Virus record (IMG/VR): IMGVR_UViG_3300032240_001991
Coordinates: 186,001-250,000 of that record
Strand: one strand, 5' to 3'
DNA: 64,000 bases
Part shown: one piece after another, positions 33,869 through 43,864 of the stretch
Layout of the letters: each line of letters opens with the position of its first letter
How positions within the stretch are numbered: the first letter of the stretch is position 1
The notes under the pieces: generated by a model
The model's input: the letters and a program-made list of their open reading frames with translations, nothing else
Database searches by the model: none
Told to the model about the DNA's origin: nothing
Position numbers and translations under genes: made by a program

Positions 33869-35557
33869 ATGCCAACAATTAACGACTTACCTAGAGTTTC
33901 AACTACTACAGATCTTTCGGCGGTTTTAATTCCAGTTCAAGAAATAGTTGGAGGTGTTCCTGTAACTAAAAGTGCAGTTGCATCTTATCTTTTTGGAAAA
34001 GGATACATGGGAAGTCAAGGACCATCAGGTTCGATTGGGTACGTAGGTAGTTTTGGTGTTGCAGGCTATACCGGTAGTAGCGGTGGGGGCGGCGGGGGAG
34101 GTGGCGGATACACTGGGTCAACTGGTTACATAGGAAGCGGAGGATTTTCAGGCTATAATGGAAGTCAAGGCGTTATCGGTTACATTGGTAGCAGAGGGAA
34201 TGCTGGTCCAGCAGGAGGATATACCGGCAGTGCAAGTACAGCAGCCGGCTATACAGGTAGTACTGGCGGAGGGATTAATCCGACCGTTCCAACTGTAGAC
34301 CAATCTATTGCATATTGGGTAGGAACTGACGGCAGTTCACTTAATAACGCCGGAAATATATTAGTAGCGGTGGATGGAAATAACTTAACAATTTCAGGAG
34401 CAACATTTGGGGTTGGCCAAACTCCGGGAAATCTTAATGTTGCGGTCGGATTTCAGGCCTTAACAGTTGCAGGACTTGCTGAAGTTAGCAGCCTAGAAAA
34501 TGTTGCAGTCGGCGCCGGAGCAATGTACAATAATGGGACCAGCTCATATTGTGTTGCTGTAGGATCCGGAGCAATGTCTAATTCTTACACAGGCAACGGA
34601 AACGTTGCAGTCGGAGCAAATAGTCTTGCTAACAACCAAGGTGCAAATAATGTTGCAGTTGGTAGTAACGGGTTGATTTATAATGTAACTGGTAACAGCA
34701 ACATTTCATTAGGAACCTATTCTTTACAGAACAACATCAACGGATCTAATAACGTTGGTATCGGATACGGCGCATTAATAGCTAACGTTGGGAGACTGGG
34801 CGGGCTAAACTATTACGGAAGCGATAACATTGCTATTGGACATTCGGCATTAAATTCGTCTGTACACGGCGACGGACATATAGCAATTGGAGCAAGTTCA
34901 TTATACACTAATACTGCAATCCCTGATCCTAATGGTTATTACGGCGACCCAACATTTGGAAATGTAGGTATTGGACTTCAATCGTTGTATAATGTTACTA
35001 CCGGAACAAGTAATATTGGTATTGGAGCATTTGCCGGATATAGCCTAGTTGATACAGGTAATAACATTATTATTGGTAATAATGCCGATGTTTCTGCTCC
35101 TGGTACAACTTCTGAAATTGTTATTGGAAACTGGGCATACGGAATGGGGGCATCTACTGCATTTATCGATGGTGTTAGCGGAGTTTATAATGGTGCTAAT
35201 TCTGCAAATTGGACGGTAGTTTCGGATTTAAGAATTAAGAAAAATATTGTAGACAGTACTAAAGGCCTCGATGTAGTTAAATTGTTAAATGTAAAGAACT
35301 TTAATTATAAGTCTGATTTTGAAATACCAACCGACAGTAACGGTAAATCTTTAATTACTAGACTTAATACTACTACAACAGTTACCGGGGTTATTGCACA
35401 AGATGTACAGTCTGCGATTCCCGAGGCGATTAATGTAGGAACAAATGGTCTTTTATCAGTCAATGCAGATCCAATCTTTTGGGCAATGCTAAATGCAATT
35501 AAAGAACTATCTGCTAAAGTGGATGCGCTCGAGGCAATAGTTAATCCCAAGGTTTAA
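33869..35557 (+). CDS. Tail fibre/adhesin with collagen-like and NxAxG repeats and S74 chaperone
   Basis: GYxGS repeats, tandem N.AVG...L..N repeats (trimeric adhesin-head like), SDLRIKKNI...GVIAQDV...LNAIKEL. Confidence 0.85.
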   Translation: MPTINDLPRVSTTTDLSAVLIPVQEIVGGVPVTKSAVASYLFGKGYMGSQGPSGSIGYVGSFGVAGYTGSSGGGGGGGGGYTGSTGYIGSGGFSGYNGSQGVIGYIGSRGNAGPAGGYTGSASTAAGYTGSTGGGINPTVPTVDQSIAYWVGTDGSSLNNAGNILVAVDGNNLTISGATFGVGQTPGNLNVAVGFQALTVAGLAEVSSLENVAVGAGAMYNNGTSSYCVAVGSGAMSNSYTGNGNVAVGANSLANNQGANNVAVGSNGLIYNVTGNSNISLGTYSLQNNINGSNNVGIGYGALIANVGRLGGLNYYGSDNIAIGHSALNSSVHGDGHIAIGASSLYTNTAIPDPNGYYGDPTFGNVGIGLQSLYNVTTGTSNIGIGAFAGYSLVDTGNNIIIGNNADVSAPGTTSEIVIGNWAYGMGASTAFIDGVSGVYNGANSANWTVVSDLRIKKNIVDSTKGLDVVKLLNVKNFNYKSDFEIPTDSNGKSLITRLNTTTTVTGVIAQDVQSAIPEAINVGTNGLLSVNADPIFWAMLNAIKELSAKVDALEAIVNPKV

Positions 35558-35588
35558 TAGGTATATAAATAAAATAAAGAGATAAAAT

Positions 35589-36170
35589 ATGGCAAGCACA
35601 GTTACAAATTATAGCAGTAAAATTGATACCGGATACCCAAAGGCTGGGCAAAACAACGATAGCCAAGGTTTTAGAACTAATTTTTCTAATATTCAAAATG
35701 CATTAAGTGTTGCAGCAAATGAAATTAGTACATTACAAGTTAACGGTGTTAATCTTAATAAACCTACAAACGACCTTGGATGGGCTAGTGTTTTAACTAG
35801 AACACAGTTACAGAATAGCGGACTAGTTGCATATTCAGCATCGAGTGCTACTAATATTAATAATAATATTGAAATTGACTTTACACAGGGTTCTTACCAA
35901 GATGTTTCTGTTTCTACTGCTACTTCAATCTTTAAAGTAACAAATTGGGCGCCAACTGGCGTATATGGTTCGTTGCGTCTTGCTGTGAATTCTCTTGTTA
36001 CAGGTACTATTAGCTTTAACGCCGGAGACGGTAATATCCTGAGTGTTAGAGACGAACTTCCGCTAACAGGATATGAGACAACAACCACTGCTGTAACTGT
36101 ATGGGATCTTTGGTCTGCAGACGGCGGAGCTAATGTCTACGTTAAATTTGCTGGTGGTCCGTTTGTTTAA
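35589..36170 (+). CDS. Putative structural protein
   Basis: YPKAGQNNDSQGFRTNF motif; TATAAATA at 35564-35571 upstream. Confidence 0.6.
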   Translation: MASTVTNYSSKIDTGYPKAGQNNDSQGFRTNFSNIQNALSVAANEISTLQVNGVNLNKPTNDLGWASVLTRTQLQNSGLVAYSASSATNINNNIEIDFTQGSYQDVSVSTATSIFKVTNWAPTGVYGSLRLAVNSLVTGTISFNAGDGNILSVRDELPLTGYETTTTAVTVWDLWSADGGANVYVKFAGGPFV

Positions 36171-36412
36171 TGTTTAATCCATTGTTACCTGATCTAACTC
36201 AAATTAAAGATCAAGATCTAGAAACTACTATTTCTGATCTAACACGTAAATATTTTATTGCGGCTAGATCTGGATATGGCAGTGTATGTGATCAAATCTC
36301 AGTTACATTAGAACAGTATAGAGATGAGCAAAAGCGTAGATTAATAGAAAAATCAAGAGCCACTTTAAAAAGTCAGAACAAAGGCTTAGACGATCTAATC
36401 AATATTTCTTGA
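36170..36412 (+). CDS. Hypothetical protein
   Basis: TAATG-coupled ORF. Confidence 0.6.
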   Translation: MFNPLLPDLTQIKDQDLETTISDLTRKYFIAARSGYGSVCDQISVTLEQYRDEQKRRLIEKSRATLKSQNKGLDDLINIS

Positions 36413-36444
36413 CTTTTTCTAAAATATCTTTATAATCACAGTTT

Positions 36445-37008
36445 ATGAAGATTAACGAATATAGTGAAGTCATCTTAAATGGTAAGGATATAATAAACGG
36501 GCTATATTCTGAAAAAATTAAATCACTCAAATACATAAATTTTGAAGATAACAACTTAGTAGAACAGTTTAATAAAAGCATAGAACTAAACGCTGATAAC
36601 ATTGAACTAGCATCAACATACGTACAGCCGACATGTACTGTAGAAGAGTTTGATAAAATAAATCAATCTCAGTGGTTTATTCCAGAATTTTATAAAAAAT
36701 TTGATATTGCAGATTGGTTATTAAGCCAATGTAAAACTCAAATTGAAACAGATCGAGTAGTAGAAGAACTAGAATTATTTGTTCAATACGAAATGATTGA
36801 TGTTCTTGTATGTCTTAAATACTTAGTTGACTTTATGAGAGAAAACAAAATAGTTTGGGGACTTGGTAGAGGAAGTTCAGTTGCGAGCTATTGTCTGTTT
36901 TTAATTGGAGTACATAAAATTGATTCATTGAAATTCTCTTTAGATATTAGAGAGTTTCTTAAAGGAGATAAAAATGAGCAAGAAAGTTTACAGATCGATG
37001 CAGGGTAG
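36445..37008 (+). CDS. Stand-alone fragment homologous to DNA polymerase III alpha (DnaE)
   Basis: RVVEELELF ... IVWGLGRGSSVASYCLFLIGVHKID matches the DnaE GRGS region; the protein ends before the catalytic DxD. Confidence 0.75.
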   Translation: MKINEYSEVILNGKDIINGLYSEKIKSLKYINFEDNNLVEQFNKSIELNADNIELASTYVQPTCTVEEFDKINQSQWFIPEFYKKFDIADWLLSQCKTQIETDRVVEELELFVQYEMIDVLVCLKYLVDFMRENKIVWGLGRGSSVASYCLFLIGVHKIDSLKFSLDIREFLKGDKNEQESLQIDAG

Positions 37009-37246
37009 AGAAGTTGACCTTGATGCATTAAGAATGAAAAACGAGCTAACTGTTGCTGTAGGAAATGCTGACATGAATGCCCGTGGTGATAAAATTGGCC
37101 AAGGTGGTAAAATTCTTAAAAAGAGAGAAGAAGCGGTAGCGGAATATTATGAAGGAAATCCTAACGCCAAGCCAAGAGAAAATGCTATCTCTGAAGTTGC
37201 ACCAAAAGTAACAGCAACAACTAAATCTGAAGGTAAGAAAAAGTAA
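36974..37246 (+). CDS. Hypothetical phage protein
   Basis: YRSMQGREVD...AVGNADMNARGDKIG.GG motif. Confidence 0.65.
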   Translation: MSKKVYRSMQGREVDLDALRMKNELTVAVGNADMNARGDKIGQGGKILKKREEAVAEYYEGNPNAKPRENAISEVAPKVTATTKSEGKKK

Positions 37247-37629
37247 TGAATATTGTAGAAGGAAACCTAAGACCGTTACATGACAATATAATTGTCACTG
37301 ACATGGAATTTGGATTAGAAAAAACTGCGGCTGGAATCTTACTTCGATCAGATGACGGTAAAAGCTCAGGAGTGCACCCTCGCTGGGCAAAAGTGTATGC
37401 GCTTGGACCGGAACAAAATTCAGTTGAAATTGGAGAATGGATTTTACTTGAACACGGTCGATGGGGAAGAGGTATTAAACACATTGATGCAAACGGCGAA
37501 GAAAAAGTTATACATCTAGCCGATAAAAATGCTATACTAATGGTCAGCGATGAGAAGCCAGCCGATGTATTAAGATCTGATACAGTAGGCGCAGGTAGTA
37601 ACGTAAATTTTAATATCCCAGGTGCTTAA
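37246..37629 (+). CDS. groES: GroES-like co-chaperonin
   Basis: LRPLHDNIIV, KTAAGILL mobile loop, V.A.GPE, VEIGEWILL. Confidence 0.75.
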   Translation: MNIVEGNLRPLHDNIIVTDMEFGLEKTAAGILLRSDDGKSSGVHPRWAKVYALGPEQNSVEIGEWILLEHGRWGRGIKHIDANGEEKVIHLADKNAILMVSDEKPADVLRSDTVGAGSNVNFNIPGA

Positions 37630-38000
37630 TGACAAATCCATTCCGTGATCAAGAAAAGTTTATGAAAGCTTGTGATCAGTCAGTTAACGAGTATAATGAT
37701 AAACAGTACGCCATGTATCGTACATTAATTGAAGAAGAGATAGATGAGTTGTTTCATGCTGTTGCAAACAATGATCAAGTTGAACAATTAGATGCTTTAA
37801 TAGATATCTTAGTTGTTACTATTGGTGCAATACATAGTATGGGGGCAGATGCTGAAGGCGCATGGAAAGAAGTTATGCGCACTAACTTTGCTAAAATTGA
37901 TAAAGAAACTGGAAAAGTACGTAAACGAGAAGATGGTAAAGTTCTCAAGCCCGTTGGCTGGAGCCCACCTAATTTAAAAAATTACATTAATGGAGTATAA
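37629..38000 (+). CDS. MazG-like all-alpha NTP pyrophosphohydrolase
   Basis: LIEEEIDE, DALIDILVV, EVMRTNFAK, REDGKVLKP.GW.PP. Confidence 0.85.
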   Translation: MTNPFRDQEKFMKACDQSVNEYNDKQYAMYRTLIEEEIDELFHAVANNDQVEQLDALIDILVVTIGAIHSMGADAEGAWKEVMRTNFAKIDKETGKVRKREDGKVLKPVGWSPPNLKNYINGV

Positions 38001-38001
38001 C

Positions 38002-38166
38002 ATGGACCAACACACGCCAGATCCAAAAGCACACAAGCAAATTAGTCTTATCAAAAGTGGAATTCGTATTTTAGCAGGTATTGCATTCTGCTTTGGTGGA
38101 ATTTCAATTGGAGGATTTTTGCTCATTATTGCTGAAGCAGCAGGAATTGCCGAAGAACTTGTATGA
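38002..38166 (+). CDS. Small membrane protein (54 aa, not in ORF track)
   Basis: MDQHTPDPKAHKQISLIKSGIRILAG...LIIAEAAGIAEELV*; GGAG RBS. Confidence 0.65.
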   Translation: MDQHTPDPKAHKQISLIKSGIRILAGIAFCFGGISIGGFLLIIAEAAGIAEELV

Positions 38167-38633
38167 TTTTTAACAAAGTTAGAGATCTTAAAGAAAAAGG
38201 TCTCAAGATTGGTATCACATTTAGCACATTTGATATTCTTCATGCTGGACATATTGCTATGTTAGCAGAAGCTAAAAATCATTGCGATTACTTAATTGCT
38301 GCTCTACAAACAGATCCAACTATTGATCGACCTGATACTAAAAATAAACCAGTACAGACAATTGTAGAACGGCAAATACAATTGGCCGCAACTCGTTATG
38401 TAGACGAAGTTGTTGTTTATCAAACAGAAAAAGACCTTGAAGACCTATTGCTTATACTACCAATTGATGTTAGAATACTAGGTATTGAGTATAAAGATCA
38501 TGCCTTTACAGGAAAGGAAATTTGTGCTAAAAGGAATATTGAAATTATTTATAACTCTAGGGATCATAGCTTTAGCAGTTCTACTTTGCGTAAACGTGTG
38601 GCGGAAGCAGAACGAGTTAAGGTAAAAAAATGA
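38163..38633 (+). CDS. Cytidylyltransferase (TagD-like)
   Basis: FSTFDILHAGH, KNKPVQTIVER, LGIEY, SFSSSTLR. Confidence 0.88.
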   Translation: MIFNKVRDLKEKGLKIGITFSTFDILHAGHIAMLAEAKNHCDYLIAALQTDPTIDRPDTKNKPVQTIVERQIQLAATRYVDEVVVYQTEKDLEDLLLILPIDVRILGIEYKDHAFTGKEICAKRNIEIIYNSRDHSFSSSTLRKRVAEAERVKVKK

Positions 38634-38920
38634 AATTCATTAAACGTTGGATTTATAATATAGTTAAGTCTTACGAAACTAAAGCAAGATCTCCCATCTC
38701 AGTTCTTAACGGCGGAGTATCAGTTGACGCTGATCACTTAGATAGCCAATCAGCTCTAAACTTTAGAGTACATTTTGCCGCTGGCGGCAGAGTAGTGCAA
38801 ATAAATCATTACGATCATAAAATAGATCGCAACTTTCAAAGATTATACATTATTACCGAAGATAAAAACTTTGGTGAAGAGTTAGACAAAATTATTACCT
38901 TAGAAGGAATTCGTCGATGA
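38630..38920 (+). CDS. Hypothetical protein
   Basis: Coupled ORF. Confidence 0.6.
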   Translation: MKFIKRWIYNIVKSYETKARSPISVLNGGVSVDADHLDSQSALNFRVHFAAGGRVVQINHYDHKIDRNFQRLYIITEDKNFGEELDKIITLEGIRR

Positions 38921-39843
38921 GCAAACAGTTGTGGGTCGAAAAGTATAGACCAACTACTCTTGACGGTTACGTATTTCGTGATGAGAATCAACGTAAACAA
39001 ATTCAGAACTGGATCAAAGAAAAATCAATCCCTCATCTATTGTTAAGCGGTAGTCCGGGCATAGGTAAAACAACACTTGCAAAAGTTCTACTGAATGAAA
39101 TTGGAATTGAAGAGTATGATATACTAGAACTCAATGCTAGTCGTAATAACGGTGTTGATGTTCTTAAAGACACTATTGTTAACTTTATCAGTATGATTCC
39201 TTTTGGACCTTTTAAAGTTGTACTACTGGACGAGGCTGATTATCTAACCCATACTGCACAGGCTGTAATGCGCGGTGTTATGGAAGAATATCATGAAACT
39301 GCAAGATTTATCTTAACTTGTAATTTGCCTAACCGCATTATGCCAGCGATACATAGTCGTTGTCAGGCATTCCATATTTTAAAAACTGATCCTGTAGAAT
39401 ATACTGCTCGCGTAGCTACTATTTTAGTTAGTGAGAACGTAGAATTTGATCTAGATACGCTAGATACATTTGTGAAGGCATGTTATCCAGATTTACGCAA
39501 ATGTATCAATATGGTACAACAGAATATTGTTGACGGACATCTAGTAGCACCTAACGTAGCAGATACAGGGTCTATGGATTATAAAATTGAAATGGTTGAA
39601 CTGTTTAAGAAAGGTCGAATTGTAGAAGCAAGGAAGCTGTTGTGTTCGTCAGCTCGCCCTGAAGAAATTGAAGAAATTTATCGATGGATGTACGATAATT
39701 TAGATCTTTTTGGGCAAGATGACGAAACAAAAGATTCTGCGTTATTGATTATTAAGCAGGGACTTGTAGATCATGCAATCATTGCTGATCCAGAAATTAA
39801 TCTTGCTGCGGTACTTGTTAAACTAGCTAGACTTCAAAAATAG
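38917..39843 (+). CDS. Clamp-loader AAA+ subunit (RFC small / T4 gp44-like)
   Basis: LWVEKYRP, GSPGIGKTT, LELNAS, VVLLDEAD, FILTCN, IHSRC. Confidence 0.93.
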   Translation: MSKQLWVEKYRPTTLDGYVFRDENQRKQIQNWIKEKSIPHLLLSGSPGIGKTTLAKVLLNEIGIEEYDILELNASRNNGVDVLKDTIVNFISMIPFGPFKVVLLDEADYLTHTAQAVMRGVMEEYHETARFILTCNLPNRIMPAIHSRCQAFHILKTDPVEYTARVATILVSENVEFDLDTLDTFVKACYPDLRKCINMVQQNIVDGHLVAPNVADTGSMDYKIEMVELFKKGRIVEARKLLCSSARPEEIEEIYRWMYDNLDLFGQDDETKDSALLIIKQGLVDHAIIADPEINLAAVLVKLARLQK

Positions 39844-39878
39844 GCGACGTGTCATTGTGCAGGTGTATACGTCGCCTA
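39841..39878. terminator. Hairpin between convergent genes
   Basis: TAGGCGACGT/ACGTCGCCTA 10-bp stem. Confidence 0.6.
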
Positions 39879-39892
39879 CTCTTTAATCAATA

Positions 39893-40645
39893 TTAATCAA
39901 AATCTTTATAAATCGATAAAATCTCCTTGACAACTGGATGTCTTTCAATGTCTTGTGTTTCAAACCAAACCATATCAACTAATTTATGGCTTTCTACTCC
40001 GTCGTATAGTTCTACGAAATCTAATAAACCATTTTCTCTTGGCCTATCTGCCTGATTTAAGTCTCCGGTTACAACCATTCTGCTATTTTCTCCAAGTCTA
40101 GTAAGTAGCATCTTCATTTGACTCGGTGTTGCATTTTGCATCTCGTCTGCTACTACAAATGCATTTTTGAAAGTACGACCACGCATGTATGCCAAAGGAC
40201 TGATTTCTATAATACCGTCATCTAACATCGATGCAATTTCTTTTGGATGATAATACTCTTCAAATACATCCATAATAGGACGGGTCCACGGTTCCATCTT
40301 TTGATTTAATGTACCAGGCAAAAACCCATGTTCTTCGTCTACACTTACTGCTGGCCTTGTGATAACAATCTTGCTAACCACCCCTTCTTTATATAATTTA
40401 ATGGCCATCTGTACACCTAACATAGTTTTACCTGTGCCCGCAGGCCCAATAGCAAAAACAATGTATTTTTTAGGATTTTTTAATAGTTCTAAGTAATTTT
40501 CTTGACTTATATTACGAGGAATTATCTGTACTTGTGTTTTTTTACGATACTTTTGCTTAAACTCTAGCAAATTCTGATTATCTTGTGAAAAACGAGGATC
40601 ATGATTTAAGTGGACTACTCGGTCTCTTCTCTTTGCTTTAGGCAA
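39893..40645 (-). CDS. phoH: PhoH-family ATPase
   Basis: GPAGTGKT, ITRPAV, GFLPG, LAYMRGRTF, DEMQN, TGDLNQ.D, IERHP.V. Confidence 0.95.
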   Translation of the reverse strand: MPKAKRRDRVVHLNHDPRFSQDNQNLLEFKQKYRKKTQVQIIPRNISQENYLELLKNPKKYIVFAIGPAGTGKTMLGVQMAIKLYKEGVVSKIVITRPAVSVDEEHGFLPGTLNQKMEPWTRPIMDVFEEYYHPKEIASMLDDGIIEISPLAYMRGRTFKNAFVVADEMQNATPSQMKMLLTRLGENSRMVVTGDLNQADRPRENGLLDFVELYDGVESHKLVDMVWFETQDIERHPVVKEILSIYKDFD

Positions 40646-40766
40646 ATTTATTCTCCTTAACGTTGGTTAATAAACACACCTGCATGAATATTTACATGAT
40701 ATTTCAAAAAACCTATTCAAACAGGTTTATTTTACTTCGTATAAATATGTAAGAGAGAAACATAAT

Positions 40767-41315
40767 ATGCACGATATAATCGATCTTATTAAAAACCTGC
40801 AAACGTTAACAGTTAACGACTCTGCCTTTAAAATTCTAAAGGATTTTGAGCGTGTTTTTGACGAACTTGACCTATATGTCTATGAAAACTGGCTTGATGG
40901 TGAGCTATTTGCAGGCCCAGAAGTTGGAAGATACGGAGTTACATGTAAATTTGTTTGGCCTTCTAAAAAAATGCCAAATCCGGCAGGAGCAGCAATGCTC
41001 ACTGATTATGGATGTGAAGTATCGTATCAACGTTCATATCTAATGATTCCTCGAAAGGTTCATAAGCCTAGCGACTTTCGACCAGGTACCAAAAAAGGAA
41101 AAATTGACGCGCATCCTATTTGGATTGTGAGCGTTAAGATGCCTAAGAAACTAATGCAAGACATTTATCAAGGGTACAAAGAAAAAGACAGTAATCGCAT
41201 GGCAAATCTTATGAAGTATGATAAGTCTAGTATGGACACAGGTCAAGTTGCAACAGAAGCAGGATTAGAGGCAGAAACAAATGCTCCACCACCAGCACCA
41301 GAACAACCAGTCTAA
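40767..41315 (+). CDS. Conserved hypothetical jumbo-phage protein
   Basis: Preceded by TATAAATA (40740-40747). Confidence 0.65.
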   Translation: MHDIIDLIKNLQTLTVNDSAFKILKDFERVFDELDLYVYENWLDGELFAGPEVGRYGVTCKFVWPSKKMPNPAGAAMLTDYGCEVSYQRSYLMIPRKVHKPSDFRPGTKKGKIDAHPIWIVSVKMPKKLMQDIYQGYKEKDSNRMANLMKYDKSSMDTGQVATEAGLEAETNAPPPAPEQPV

Positions 41316-42048
41316 TTTGTCTGAAGGGCTGCGTAGCGGCGATCTTCAAGGATTCATTCTGGAAAAATTTACTATTGATCAGTTTAAAAGCAAAATGGGT
41401 GCTGATGACGAAGTCATTGTAGTAGCTTTCAAGGTTAAAGAAAAATATCCTGCAGTTGATGCTGTAGAATTTATTGAAAAAAATTATACATTTGTACTTG
41501 ATGCAGACATGAGTACCGGAGAAGAAAGCGACGGGAAATATTCGCTATTTGTAGAATTTGAAAGAAATAATAAATTTCCGTATCATCTAGAACAGATGCT
41601 AGATGGATTAAGCAAACTATGCGATTCTGAAACATGGAAATTTAAATATTTTAAAGATGCTGAAAGTCATACAGTTTCAACAGAAGCACTGGAACAATTT
41701 GTACCTCTTACAGCAGAAGAATATCGATTAAGAGTCAAAGAACAAAAAATAAATGATGTTTCTGAAATTCTTAATCAAGGCCCAACAGAAATAATCGATG
41801 TAGACGAAAGTAATAATTTCACTATTGGAAAACCATTTGGCGGAAATCTTGTATTAAACGTAGAAAGCATTGGCTTTTATGATGAAATAATTGATACATT
41901 ACCAGGCGCGATACAATTAGACGAAGCGTCAAACGGTGAGATACTATTTTTAGAAAAGTATCTTGGTAATTACGAAATACATAAAATTGACAATAGATTT
42001 ATAATCAGAAATGGTGACAAGGCTATAATAGTCAAAAGGAGGGAATAA
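41281..42048 (+). CDS. Conserved hypothetical jumbo-phage protein
   Basis: IDQFKSKMG.D.E.IVVAF motif. Confidence 0.65.
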   Translation: MLHHQHQNNQSNLSEGLRSGDLQGFILEKFTIDQFKSKMGADDEVIVVAFKVKEKYPAVDAVEFIEKNYTFVLDADMSTGEESDGKYSLFVEFERNNKFPYHLEQMLDGLSKLCDSETWKFKYFKDAESHTVSTEALEQFVPLTAEEYRLRVKEQKINDVSEILNQGPTEIIDVDESNNFTIGKPFGGNLVLNVESIGFYDEIIDTLPGAIQLDEASNGEILFLEKYLGNYEIHKIDNRFIIRNGDKAIIVKRRE

Positions 42049-42050
42049 CT

Positions 42051-42713
42051 ATGTGGGGATGGATACTACACTTTACCCCGGAAAAAATATTATCCCTGCT
42101 TGTATTTGGAATTTTTAGTTTAGGAATTTTACTAACAGTTGTTGGCTTCTTAGGAAAAAAAATTCCATTCTTATCAGCATTAATCCCTGGCGGTTCTATG
42201 GGTGTGTTAGCCGCTAAAATTTTAGGAATATTACTTTTATTTGGCGGTTCTTGGTTTAAAGGCTGTTTTGATGTAGAGATGGTTTGGCGAGATCAAGCAG
42301 CCAAAATAGAAGCAAAATTAAAAATTGCTGAATTAAAAAGTAAAGAAAAAAATATTGAGATACAAAAAGAATACATTCATGATACACAGATAGTGCATGA
42401 TGTAAAAATTGTAGTACAAGAAAAAATTAAAGAAGTTGAAAAAATTATAGATGGTAAATGCACTGTAGATCAGTCTGCTATAGATATATTAAACCAATCA
42501 GCACTTAATCTTCCACCAGATCGATCAAGCGAAGTAACGGTTCCTAAAATTTCATCAATTGAAAAATTAGAAATGCCTAATTTACCTAAAGAAAAGATTG
42601 TAGCAACTGTAGAAAATAAGATAATTACAAGACCAAAAGTAGAACCTATTTTGTTTAGAGACGAATCAGGTCCAGGTTGGGCTCGCGGAAATATAGACAG
42701 AAATAAGAGTTAA
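42051..42713 (+). CDS. Probable inner-membrane spanin (Rz-like)
   Basis: N-terminal TM helices followed by a coiled coil with Cys; adjacent to a lipoprotein gene. Confidence 0.6.
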   Translation: MWGWILHFTPEKILSLLVFGIFSLGILLTVVGFLGKKIPFLSALIPGGSMGVLAAKILGILLLFGGSWFKGCFDVEMVWRDQAAKIEAKLKIAELKSKEKNIEIQKEYIHDTQIVHDVKIVVQEKIKEVEKIIDGKCTVDQSAIDILNQSALNLPPDRSSEVTVPKISSIEKLEMPNLPKEKIVATVENKIITRPKVEPILFRDESGPGWARGNIDRNKS

Positions 42714-42716
42714 TTT

Positions 42717-42983
42717 ATGAAAATCTTAACGTTAATTCCATTAATACTTTTAACTGGGTGCGTTGCTACGCCAGTGCCTCAAAAATTTCCAGAGGCTGTT
42801 CCGGAATTAGTAGAGCCATGTCCAGAACAACTACACCAGCACCCTAACAGTGAAAAATTAAGCGATCAACTTAAAGTAGTAACTGAAAATTATGCTGAAT
42901 ATCACACCTGTAAAAATAAAGTTAAAGGCTGGATTAAATGGTATAACGAACAAAAAAAGATATTTGACGAATCTAATAAATGA
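42717..42983 (+). CDS. Probable outer-membrane spanin lipoprotein (Rz1-like)
   Basis: Lipobox LLTG-C, Pro-rich segment, NYAEYHTC. Confidence 0.75.
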   Translation: MKILTLIPLILLTGCVATPVPQKFPEAVPELVEPCPEQLHQHPNSEKLSDQLKVVTENYAEYHTCKNKVKGWIKWYNEQKKIFDESNK

Positions 42984-43025
42984 TTCTTCTTTACATCTTT
43001 AGATAGGTATGGTATAATACCACTA

Positions 43026-43838
43026 ATGAGTGACCATTATAAAACTTTAGGCATTGACCGCACAGCTACCGCAGATGATATCAAAAAAGCTTATCGCAAA
43101 TTAGCGATGAAGTACCATCCTGACCGTGGCGGGGATCAGGCAGAATTTCAAAAAATTCAAGAAGCCTATTCTGTGTTAAGTGATCTTGAAAAAAAGAATC
43201 AATACGATAATCCTCAACAGTTCCATGGTCCTCCTCCAGGCTTTGAAGAAATGTTTAGAAATTTCTCGTTTAATGGTGGCATTAATATTGACGAACTGTT
43301 TGGCAGAGCAAGAACTGTTAGAAATCGAAATATTAATTTGCAAACTACAATATCTTTAGAAGACGCTTTTGCAGGAAAAGAACTTGTTGCAAATGTACAA
43401 CTTCCAAACAGTAAAGAGCACATTATTAATGTAAAGATTCCTGCTGGAATACAAGACGGAATGACATTGAGATTGAGAGGTATTGGCGATAGTACATTTG
43501 CAAATGTTCCGCCAGGTGATGTTCATTTAACTGTATCAGTAATGCCGCATCCTGAATTTCAAAGAAACGGTGACAATCTTTTTAAAGAAGTGCAAATTTC
43601 TGCATTTGATGCTATACTAGGTACAAGTTTATTAATTTCTACAATAGATAACAAAACCCTTAATGTAACTATACCTCCAGGTACTCAACCAGGAACAACA
43701 TTAAAGATTCATGGCTATGGCATGCCAAACGTTAATGATCCAAGATTTAAAGGACAATTACTGTTATCAGTAAAGGTTGTTATTCCAACAAACTTAACTG
43801 AAGAACAAAAAGTTACAATACAAAAATTAAGAACGTAA
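43026..43838 (+). CDS. dnaJ: DnaJ/CbpA-type co-chaperone (no Zn finger)
   Basis: YKTLG...IKKAYRKLAMKYHPDRGG J-domain; C-terminal IPPGTQPGT.L.I.G.GMP. Confidence 0.93.
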   Translation: MSDHYKTLGIDRTATADDIKKAYRKLAMKYHPDRGGDQAEFQKIQEAYSVLSDLEKKNQYDNPQQFHGPPPGFEEMFRNFSFNGGINIDELFGRARTVRNRNINLQTTISLEDAFAGKELVANVQLPNSKEHIINVKIPAGIQDGMTLRLRGIGDSTFANVPPGDVHLTVSVMPHPEFQRNGDNLFKEVQISAFDAILGTSLLISTIDNKTLNVTIPPGTQPGTTLKIHGYGMPNVNDPRFKGQLLLSVKVVIPTNLTEEQKVTIQKLRT

Positions 43839-43864
43839 ATATCTGAGAGTTAAAAGGAAATAGA

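Noticed and set aside
34081-34105. Poly-Gly tract (GGTGGGGGCGGCGGGGGAGGTGGC) as a G-quadruplex or phase-variable tract
   Set aside because: Synonymous Gly codons vary, in frame; an ordinary flexible linker in a tail fibre.
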